Positions 51,678 through 59,599 of a stretch of DNA of 64,000 bases are shown here, piece after piece. The notes below the pieces were generated by a model. The model was not told where the DNA came from. It searched no databases and was given only the letters and a program-made list of their open reading frames with translations. This stretch comes from an uncultured delta proteobacterium (GTDB lineage Bacteria; Desulfobacterota; Binatia; UBA9968). Position 1 is the first letter of the stretch. The number at the start of each line of letters is the position of its first letter. The position numbers and the translations under genes are program-made. The DNA is taken from the NCBI GenBank assembly GCA_963847445.1, contig CAWJZV010000045.1:32001-96000 (forward strand), given 5' to 3'.

Positions 51678-52254
51678 ATGGAAAGCACGCAGGATCTCGG
51701 CGACGAAGTATTGGTGGCCTTGTGTCAACAGGGGCAGGCCGATTGCTTCGAGGTATTGGTGCGGCGTTATATGGAAAAGGCGTTTCACATCGCTTACAAC
51801 TTCACGCGTAACACGGAGACCGCCAAAGATCTCTCGCAAGACGCGTTTCTGCGCGCCTTCGCCAATATCAAGCGTTTTGACGGGCGATCGAGTTTCTATA
51901 CTTGGTTCTATCGGATCGTCGTCAATCTCTGCTTGGATCATGCGCGGCGCAGTGGCAGGGTGATGTGGGAGTCGCTGGACAAGAGTGCCGGGGAAGCTGG
52001 CGGGCAGCGCCAGTTGGTCGACACCCAGTATCAGCCGGATCAGCAGGCGATCGCCGGCGAAGCGACGCGGCGCGCCAATGCGACCTTGGAGTCGATGCCC
52101 AACAAGCAACGCACGGCATTTCTACTGAGGAACCATGAAGGTCTGCCGATCGCCGATATCGCCAAGGTGATGAAAACCACCGAAGGAACCGTTCGGGTAT
52201 ATCTGCACAGGGCGGTAGCGGCACTTGCGCCACAGCCTGGTGGAGTTCGTTTAG
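51678..52254 (+). CDS. ECF RNA polymerase sigma factor (C-terminal frameshift at ~52225)
   Basis: DLSQDAFLRAF, FYTWFYRIVVNLCLDHARR, region 4 HTH IADIAKVMKTTEGTVRVYLHRA; corrected end LRHSLVEFV* at 52252-52254. Confidence 0.9.
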
Positions 52255-52264
52255 GGAGAAGGTT

Positions 52265-52828
52265 ATGGAAAATCATGTTGCGCCGCTCGAAGGCGCCTGC
52301 AAAAACTACGAAGAGGATTTGGTGCTCTACTACTACGGCGAGAGCGGCGCCGCCGAGCGCGCGGCGATGGAGCAGCATATGGCGCAGTGCGGCCGCTGCC
52401 GCAACTTTGTCGACGATCTCGGCCGCGTCTTACCGCAGATGGCGCCGCAGCCGGAATTGCCGCAGCCGTTCTGGGATAGTTACTTTCGTGAAACCATGGC
52501 GAAGCTGGACGCGCATGAGGCGCGACAAAGTTGGTGGCGCGGTTGGTTCGCACCGCTGAACGGTTGGCTGATGCCGGCCTTCGGCACGATGGCGGTGGCG
52601 GCTTTGGCGATCGCCTTGGTATTGGAAAAGAGTGACCTGGTTTCATTCATCGATACGCCGGCGCCGAGCATTCCCGCCGAGGTGCTGGTCGACTCGAATC
52701 AGCTCGAATTCTTCAAATCGCTGGAGATTCTCGAATCTCTCAGCACGCTTGAGGAACTCGATAGGAGCAAGCCGGCGCCTAAGACCAGCGATATTCATAA
52801 TCGACGAGCGACGCAGGCGGTTGCCTAA
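52265..52828 (+). CDS. Zinc-binding anti-sigma factor (zf-HC2) with TM helix
   Basis: HMAQCGRC (HX3CX2C) motif, followed by a hydrophobic helix. Confidence 0.85.
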   Translation: MENHVAPLEGACKNYEEDLVLYYYGESGAAERAAMEQHMAQCGRCRNFVDDLGRVLPQMAPQPELPQPFWDSYFRETMAKLDAHEARQSWWRGWFAPLNGWLMPAFGTMAVAALAIALVLEKSDLVSFIDTPAPSIPAEVLVDSNQLEFFKSLEILESLSTLEELDRSKPAPKTSDIHNRRATQAVA

Positions 52829-52842
52829 ATAAATTGGCCGGT

Positions 52843-53115
52843 ATGACGAAGATGAAAACGCATAAACTGTTTCTAATAGTCCTCGGGTTTTTTCTCTTGC
52901 TTGAGTCCAGCGCGCTGGCCGCCGGCGATGACTGGCGCAAGCTCAATCCCAAAGAGAAGGACAGGATTCGCCGCAACTACGAGCGCTGGGAAAAGCTGCC
53001 GCCGAAAGACAAAGAACACCTGCGCGAGGAATGGGACCGCTGGAACCGCATGCCGCAAGACCGCCGCGACCGCTTGAGACAACGCTTCGACGATGATCGC
53101 CGCAACCGGGATTGA
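52843..53115 (+). CDS. DUF3106-like secreted helical protein
   Basis: Signal peptide, then W..L.P..K..R repeats (WRKLNPKEK, WEKLPPKDK, WNRMPQDRR). Confidence 0.75.
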   Translation: MTKMKTHKLFLIVLGFFLLLESSALAAGDDWRKLNPKEKDRIRRNYERWEKLPPKDKEHLREEWDRWNRMPQDRRDRLRQRFDDDRRNRD

Positions 53116-53175
53116 TCCATCGAAGTAGGCTCACTGTCAATCTGCTAGTGCCAGCGAGGCAGGCGAAGAGACGTT

Positions 53176-53227
53176 CCGTCATACCCGCGCTGCCGTCACC
53201 CGGATTTCCGCTTTCGCGCGAATGACG
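53176..53227. repeat. CGTCAT...AATGACG palindromic repeat
   Basis: CGTCATACCCGCG...TTTCCGCTTTCGCGCGAATGACG; related to 36006-36117. Confidence 0.55.
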
Positions 53228-53526
53228 CATTAGAGCAAATCAGCTTCGAGTCGACTCACTTACAATCTCTTGGTTTATAGCTGAGGGCAATTTCGCCTTC
53301 ACGCACAAGTCGGCGCTTCTGTCTTTCGCCGTAACTGGATTCTCCCGGCGGGCTGTTTCTCTCAAGCCTTTTTCCATTGCCGCGCCGATTGTGCGGGGAA
53401 TATTTTTGTCGATACCGGTGCGAATTATCTGCGCCGCCGTCTAACAAGTTAAGGAATCAGACGATGACGACAAAACAATTGGCTCAGTCGTTACACTCAA
53501 GAACTCTGGCAAGGAAAGGAGGGACC

Positions 53527-53637
53527 ATGAAAACCACCGCGCTATTGGTCTTGTTGGTGATGGGAGTCGTTTCGGCGTCCGGTTGCCACTGGCTGCATCA
53601 CCGCCGCGACTATTCCAGAGGTAATTATTCCCGATAG
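53527..53637 (+). CDS. Small putative lipoprotein (36 aa)
   Basis: AGGAGG RBS; MKTTALLVLLVMGVVSASG-C lipobox, then HWLHHRRDYSRGNYSR. Confidence 0.55.
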   Translation: MKTTALLVLLVMGVVSASGCHWLHHRRDYSRGNYSR

Positions 53638-53702
53638 CTTCATCCATGGCGCGGCTCCGGATTCCATTCGAAGCTGGAGCCGCGCCTTGTCAATTCACCG
53701 AG

Positions 53703-54821
53703 TCACATCGCATAATAGGCGGCGCAGTTGTCCCAGAGAATTTTTCGTTTGTGCTCGTCGGCGATGGGCAGCTTGAGGAAGTGATTCACCGCTTCGGGAT
53801 ATTTGGAATCGCCATGCGGATAATCCGTCGAAAAAACCAACCGGCCGCTGCCGAACTGTTCGACTAAATTAGTCGCGGTGATCTCGCCGGGTTCGATCGA
53901 TACCACGCACTGCCGTTTGAAATACTCGCTGGGCTTCATCTTCAACGCCGGCGCCCAAACATCGCCTTCGAGCTCCCAGGTTTCATCCAAGCGCCAGAGC
54001 AGCCAGGGCAGCCAGCTGCAGTTGGCTTCCAGAAACGCCACGCGCAATTTGGCATGGCGCGCCAGCACGCCGCCGGCGCAGAAATTGCCGAGCGCCATCA
54101 TCTGCTCGAAGGGCTGGGCGTAAACCCGGCGCAGCATGAGATTGGGCTCGAGGCGCCGGCCCACTTGTTTTTTTCCCGTTCCGGTCGACTCGTGCAGTCC
54201 GACCGAGAGATTGAGCGCTTCCAACGCATCCCACAGCGGTTCGTAATAGTCGTCTTCCCATTGATGATCGACCAGCGGCACCGCGCGGAGAAACACCGCG
54301 CGAAAGCCCAATTCGGCGCAGCGGCGCGCCTCGCTGACGGCGTCGTTCATATCGTAGGTCGAGATCATCGCCGCGCCGATCAAGCGCGTTGGATCTTGCT
54401 TGCAGAAATCGTAGAGCCAGTCGTTGTAGGCGCGCGCCATGGCGGCGGCGAAGGGCGCGTCCATATCGTCGACCACCAAGGCGCGCAGACCGCGGGTCGG
54501 ATACAAAACCGCGATGTCGATGCCTTCGATATCCATCGCTTCGAGCTGCACTTCGGCGGTCCAACCGCGCTCGGCATCGGCCCGGTAGGTGTTTTGATTC
54601 TTCTCAAAGTTGTGGCCGCTGGCGACATCGCTTTCGCGCGGCGATTGGCGCGCCCAATCCCGGCCGTCGGGATAAACCATGCGCAGGTCGCGGACGTTAT
54701 GGCTGACGACGCCGCGCGGCGCGCGATCCCTGAACTTCTTGTCGATATAGCGCTCCCATAAATCAGGCGGTTCCATGATATGCATGTCGCTGTCGATAAT
54801 CTTGAAGCCGTTCTTGGCCAT
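53703..54821 (-). CDS. Amidohydrolase family protein
   Basis: IIDSDMHIME, MDIEGIDIAVLYPT, ARAYNDW, GLHE, FLEANC, FSTDYPH. Confidence 0.9.
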   Translation of the reverse strand: MAKNGFKIIDSDMHIMEPPDLWERYIDKKFRDRAPRGVVSHNVRDLRMVYPDGRDWARQSPRESDVASGHNFEKNQNTYRADAERGWTAEVQLEAMDIEGIDIAVLYPTRGLRALVVDDMDAPFAAAMARAYNDWLYDFCKQDPTRLIGAAMISTYDMNDAVSEARRCAELGFRAVFLRAVPLVDHQWEDDYYEPLWDALEALNLSVGLHESTGTGKKQVGRRLEPNLMLRRVYAQPFEQMMALGNFCAGGVLARHAKLRVAFLEANCSWLPWLLWRLDETWELEGDVWAPALKMKPSEYFKRQCVVSIEPGEITATNLVEQFGSGRLVFSTDYPHGDSKYPEAVNHFLKLPIADEHKRKILWDNCAAYYAM

Positions 54822-54929
54822 GGTTCGATCCTCCGCTGGGTTTCGCGCGCGGTCGTCGTCTCGGTTGCGCGCGTTTTCTCAACTCACTATAAACAAAACA
54901 AAAATCACATTTCATGGGGAGGATCAATC

Positions 54930-55268
54930 ATGGCTGACAAGCGACAGGCTGGCGGTGTTCGACCAGTTGATGCAATCCGCTCGCGCATTTTACGCGGCCA
55001 ATTCGGATACCGAAGCGCGCATGAAAAAAATCAGACTTCTTCTGGAAGCCTTGGTCAACGATCCAAACATGTGCCAGCATTCTAAAACTTGGCTGTGCAC
55101 CGAAGGTCACAAAATCTCTTGCTCTACGAAGATCCCGATTACGGTTTTGTCGTCAACGCGGTGGTGCGCACACCGGAGCGCGAGGGCAGAGTGCACGACC
55201 ACGCGCACGCCTGGACCGTCTATGGCGTGCTTGACGGCATGGAAAGGTTGGAGCGTCTTCGCGTCTGA
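54930..55268 (+). pseudogene. Truncated cysteine dioxygenase-like cupin
   Basis: GGAGG RBS; across frames ...LLYEDPDYGFVVNAVVR...VHDHAHAWTVYGVLDGME (cupin H-D-H motif), stopping early at the edge of the accessory region. Confidence 0.6.
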
Positions 55269-55414
55269 TTATGCTCGCTGAGCGTTTATGGTTATCCACA
55301 AGCCGCTCGTCACCTACCTTGTATGGGAGATGCCGATGATCGTGCGGTTGTCGATTCTCTCGAGTGATGTTTGTCCAGTTTGGACACAGCGCACAGAAAG
55401 TGCCCCGCGACGCT

Positions 55415-57838
55415 TCAGAGCTTGGCGATGTCGATTACATCGATGTCGAATCCCTCATCGCGCCAGAGCGTGATCGCTTCGGCGGTTCCACCGGGGCCGT
55501 CGCCTTCCTTGCCGTCCCAGACCGCCAGGACGATCGGCGTTTCATCCAGGCGGCGGGAGAATTCGATCGCGAGCCGTTGCACCTCACGGTTGGCGTCGGC
55601 GAGCGCGATGGCTAATTCGGCATCTGGCGGACGCTGCGATTTGAGCGGAGACGCGAACGCGATCCGCTTCTTGTCCTGCGACAACTTGGCAAAGCGGTCC
55701 TTCCATTGACCGCCCACCGACAGGGTTAAAAAATCCTCCTGCGGAATCGGCAACACAACAGTCGCGGTAAGGTCGCGCCGCACCAACTCCTCAAGCACAA
55801 TCAAGTCGGTGCCGCGTGCCGCTTGGCCGAAACCATGTAACGCGCCATATTTCTCGATCCGGCCCCGGATGATTTTGCGCAGGTCGCCGACCTTGCTCGC
55901 CGGGAAGCGCGGCGTCGGGCGGTCATCTGCATCCACCATGTGGCCGAAGTAGGCGAGCACGCGTGGTACCGGCAGCACGTCATCGAGCTTGTCCCGCGGT
56001 TGGCCGAGCGCCTGGAGATTCAGGCGTGCCTGTCTGCGCATCACAGCAATGTCCTGATGCAGACCGGCGGCTTTGCCGGCAGCCCTGCCGTACCAATCGC
56101 GCGCGTCGTCGAAGCGCTTCTGCAATAGATACGTCTCGCCGATGGTCGCCAGATCCCAATGCGTCAGCTTTGAGTTATCAACTTTCATCAGTCGGTCGCG
56201 GACCTGCCCGGCGACCTGATACATCGATGCCTCATCGCCACAATGCAAGGCCATCGCTGCCGTATTGATACCGTTGAACGGGTCGCCAGAGCGCTCATAG
56301 GTTTCGCGGTACACTTGATACGCCAATTGCCGAAACGCCATGTCACCCGATTTCAGCCAACGCGCTTTATAGCTTCCCGCGAGTAAGCCGCCGGTTTCCG
56401 GATCGAGCTGGCCCTCGCGGCACAGCGCTTCGAGCTGCGCAATCGCTTCGTCGACCTGGCCCATTTTGCGCAGTGCGAAGGCGCGAAGCTGGCGCACGCG
56501 CAACGTCGCCTGCGCCCCTTCGAGTACCTCCAATGCCGATTCAAATTGGCCTTTACCACTAAGCGCTTCCGCCGCTGCAATCAAAGGAGCCACGTCCGGT
56601 GATCCGGTCGCGCGCCACTCATTGACGATTTCGAAGATGCGTTTGCCATCCCCTTTGGCAGCCGACTTGATCTCAGCGACGAACTGGTCGATTACCCGAA
56701 CATCGGCCGCATCCGCGCGCGCAGTCGGAGAATTCACTTGGGGCGGCGTGCGCCCGATCAGCGCGCTCAACAAGCGATCTAAGTTTTCTCCCTCCGCCCG
56801 GGGTTTACGGTTGAAGTCGAGCCAGACACGCGTGTCGAGAAACTCGGGCATCGCGCTGTCGTCGAGCCGCAGCGGCACGAGTTTGAACGTCTTGTCTTCG
56901 ACCGCCCGCTTGACCAGCACATTGGCCTCCTGCTGGCACCACGGTGATTCGAGCCAACCCTTGCTCACTAACACGACTGCTGCGCGGCTACGGTTCAGCG
57001 CCGATTCAAGCTGCTCCGCCAGGTAGTCGCCGGGAAGCAGCTCCCGTTGGTCGATGAAGACCCGCAGACCGGCACCCTCCAGGCGCGCCACAAGGCTCAT
57101 TGCCCACGGCCGATCGGTTGAACGATAGCTGACGAACACGTGATAGGCCTGCGCCTCGATGCCGGGTATCGACTCGGCCAGGGTTTTTAGTTTCGGCGGC
57201 GCGATCGTTACCGTCTGCGGCGTGACATCGAGCATTTTTACCACCGCGCCGATCGGGCACGCATAGACATAGCCGTAGGCGGCACGGCGCTTGTCATCCG
57301 GGTCGCCGATATGCTTGGTGAGATGTCCGACCAGAGCGCCAGCCACGACGACCGGACTGCCGGAGAAGCCATGCAAAGGCGATGCATTGCCCGCCGCCAC
57401 TATGTCGGAATAGAGCAGGATCGCGGTTTGACCGATGTCGTTCATCGTCTGCGGATCCTTGACCTGGCCATCGATCGGCAACCCAGCCGGTTGGTCAGTC
57501 TTGTTGGCTACGGCGGGAAACCCATAGCACTCCCAGATAACGTTGCGGTTGAGCCCGTCAGCTATAGGCATCGGGACCACGTCAACGGTCTCTTCGAAGC
57601 TGAGCAGGGCGGCATCTGTAGTTGGGTCGGATTTCACTAGCGAGGCGTGACAGACCGTCCCTCCTGCGCCGACGATCACCGGAAAGCGTTGCCCAGGTTG
57701 CCAGGATTTGACCACGTGCAAAGCGGTAGCAATCCGCTGCGGCGCGACGAGATAACCGGTGCCGGTGCCGTCCGGCCCGCTGATGAATACGCAGGTTTGC
57801 TTCAACCGAACGAGCACGTTGTTATTGTCGTCAGCCAC
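55415..57838 (-). CDS. Multidomain protein: trypsin-like protease, TIR, TPR (TRAF-binding/DUF4071-like), SLOG-like domain
   Basis: Protease triad TALH / DAAL / GFSGSP. TIR: VFVSYRSTD, VFID, SPWCQQE. TPR: PETGGLLAGSYK, GINTA, WDLATIGE. SLOG-like: YFGHMVD, AARGTD, AVWDG...GPGGTA. No frameshift. Confidence 0.82.
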   Translation of the reverse strand: MADDNNNVLVRLKQTCVFISGPDGTGTGYLVAPQRIATALHVVKSWQPGQRFPVIVGAGGTVCHASLVKSDPTTDAALLSFEETVDVVPMPIADGLNRNVIWECYGFPAVANKTDQPAGLPIDGQVKDPQTMNDIGQTAILLYSDIVAAGNASPLHGFSGSPVVVAGALVGHLTKHIGDPDDKRRAAYGYVYACPIGAVVKMLDVTPQTVTIAPPKLKTLAESIPGIEAQAYHVFVSYRSTDRPWAMSLVARLEGAGLRVFIDQRELLPGDYLAEQLESALNRSRAAVVLVSKGWLESPWCQQEANVLVKRAVEDKTFKLVPLRLDDSAMPEFLDTRVWLDFNRKPRAEGENLDRLLSALIGRTPPQVNSPTARADAADVRVIDQFVAEIKSAAKGDGKRIFEIVNEWRATGSPDVAPLIAAAEALSGKGQFESALEVLEGAQATLRVRQLRAFALRKMGQVDEAIAQLEALCREGQLDPETGGLLAGSYKARWLKSGDMAFRQLAYQVYRETYERSGDPFNGINTAAMALHCGDEASMYQVAGQVRDRLMKVDNSKLTHWDLATIGETYLLQKRFDDARDWYGRAAGKAAGLHQDIAVMRRQARLNLQALGQPRDKLDDVLPVPRVLAYFGHMVDADDRPTPRFPASKVGDLRKIIRGRIEKYGALHGFGQAARGTDLIVLEELVRRDLTATVVLPIPQEDFLTLSVGGQWKDRFAKLSQDKKRIAFASPLKSQRPPDAELAIALADANREVQRLAIEFSRRLDETPIVLAVWDGKEGDGPGGTAEAITLWRDEGFDIDVIDIAKL

Positions 57839-59237
57839 GCAGGGAACCTCCTGCTAGCCGCTGCATCAGCGCAGGGGTCGTGACGCGCTCGCTGCCGTCA
57901 CCATCGGCGAAGTACACGTCGGCGTCGCGCACCGTGTCGTTCTCGATCTCGATCTTTGCGTATGTCGGTGCGCCGCGCCGCCACTGCTCCAGCGAATTGC
58001 TTTCCAGATCGGCGACCAGCGCGGTAAGGGCCGCGCGCGCTTTATCCTCCTCTGTGCCCCAGACCGAATCGGGTATGCACATCAAATCGGCCCAAGTTCC
58101 CGTGTTTAGATAGACAGGTAAGGCCGGGCCATTCTTGCCGAGGCCAATGCGTTTGGCGAGGTGAGTGTGTCCATAGACCACGACTTGGAATCCCGACGCC
58201 ACTGCGGTGCGCGCCGGTACAAGGTAAGTCTCGAGTTCCTTGTCGACGTCGAATGCGTCGCGGTGCTTGCCCATGCTACCGCGGATTGCCTTGTACAAGG
58301 CGTCGCGCCGCGCCTGATGCACCTTGTCGGTGATTGCACCCGCAACCCCTTTGAGTAAGTCACCCACGGCACTGACCTGTGCGGCGTCAGTGCCAGAGGC
58401 GATATCCTGTGCGAGGTCGAACAGCTGCTGATCGCTCTGATCGCCCGCGCCGATGTATTCCTGATCCAGCGGTTCGCGGTTTTCATCGAAGTCGACGGCC
58501 CAGGTCTGGCGATACTTCTGGAAGAACTGCCAGACCTCGCGTACGCCGCCAGCCCCAAGTGCCGCAACGATCGGCAAAGCGCCGGCATCTTCTGGCTTCA
58601 GCAAGTCGATGAAGGCGTATTGCTGCTTGAGCGGATTCATAACGTCGACGACCAGGCGGCTGCCCGGCAGCGCCGGAAATTCCGGCTTCGCCGGCAATGC
58701 GCGCGACAGTTGCGAGCGCACCCGCCGCAATGCGCCATGTGGCACCGCGTTCCACTCATCGAAGCGGTTGCCGTGCTCGATCAGCACCGGACCACAGGTG
58801 AAGGCCTCGTTGTCGTAGATGAATTCGATGCGACCCGGCCCAATGCGGTTGAGCAGCAGTTGCCGCGTTCCCGGCAGCGCAAGTTCGATGTCATGGTTGC
58901 CGAGCATGAGAGTCACGGCGCCCTCGCGTTCGGCGACGAAACGTTGCACTGCGTCCCACACTGGCGCAGTGGTGCTGAGAATTTGCCCGAGCTTAGCTTG
59001 TGCTACCTTGGGATCGGCCGTGAAGGCCTGAAACGGCTCCTCGGCGAGAAAGTCGACGATGTCACCGGCGAGCACCAACCTCACATCCGCGTTGGCGGCG
59101 CGGCGCGGCAGTCGATCGATGAACTGTGCAAGGAGCGCCTGTGTGCGAGGAGGACAGATCTGAAAGCCTGGGTGGCCATCGCTACCCGGCGCGCCGCCAA
59201 GATGGAGATCGGAGATTACATATAAGGCGGTATGCAT
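57831..59237 (-). CDS. Calcineurin-like metallophosphoesterase
   Basis: All five motifs present: SDLHLG, GDIVD, GNHD, EHGN, GHTH, plus YLNTGTW. The stop overlaps the downstream GTG start, which has an AGGAGG RBS. Confidence 0.88.
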   Translation of the reverse strand: MHTALYVISDLHLGGAPGSDGHPGFQICPPRTQALLAQFIDRLPRRAANADVRLVLAGDIVDFLAEEPFQAFTADPKVAQAKLGQILSTTAPVWDAVQRFVAEREGAVTLMLGNHDIELALPGTRQLLLNRIGPGRIEFIYDNEAFTCGPVLIEHGNRFDEWNAVPHGALRRVRSQLSRALPAKPEFPALPGSRLVVDVMNPLKQQYAFIDLLKPEDAGALPIVAALGAGGVREVWQFFQKYRQTWAVDFDENREPLDQEYIGAGDQSDQQLFDLAQDIASGTDAAQVSAVGDLLKGVAGAITDKVHQARRDALYKAIRGSMGKHRDAFDVDKELETYLVPARTAVASGFQVVVYGHTHLAKRIGLGKNGPALPVYLNTGTWADLMCIPDSVWGTEEDKARAALTALVADLESNSLEQWRRGAPTYAKIEIENDTVRDADVYFADGDGSERVTTPALMQRLAGGSLRG

Positions 59238-59477
59238 TAGCAACCCTCGAATACAACAAGACGAACGCGAGCACAAATGGTGCTGTGCCTTTTCTTCAAC
59301 ATGACTCTTTCGGCCATGCGATGGCCAATCAATTGAATGCTTTAGCCGGCGCTAATCGCCAACCGGCATCATGAACCAAGTGCCTTTTCGGTCCGTCTCA
59401 GCTTGTGGCAAGTTTGTGGCAAGCAGTGCATTCGGCGAAACGTTGTTGATTGGCGCCCGCGAATAGATAGTTCCGCA

Positions 59478-59597
59478 CGAAAACCTAATTACAGCTCGAC
59501 ATAATAACCTAAAAATAGTACAACGTAATAACCTAATGAAAGGACGACGCTATAACCTAATAATCACACTACACAATAACCTAATTGCAGGACAATA
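59478..59597 (+). repeat. Five-unit 24-bp periodic array (AACCTAA core) upstream of the Fic gene
   Basis: AACCTAA at 59482, 59506, 59530, 59554 and 59578. Confidence 0.9.
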
Positions 59598-59599
59598 TT

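Noticed and set aside
51678-52559. ECF sigma with a long C-terminal extension
   Set aside because: The extension is out-of-frame read-through over the anti-sigma gene; a shifted frame gives a normal end at 52254.
55270-55415. attL/attR duplication of the tRNA-Leu 3' end at the island boundary
   Set aside because: I could not find TGGTGCCGGAG or a close variant there, so no mobile_element feature was called.
59478-59597. CRISPR array interpretation of the 24-bp periodic repeats
   Set aside because: The core is only 7-11 bp, the linkers are ~13 bp and similar to each other, and no cas genes are present.
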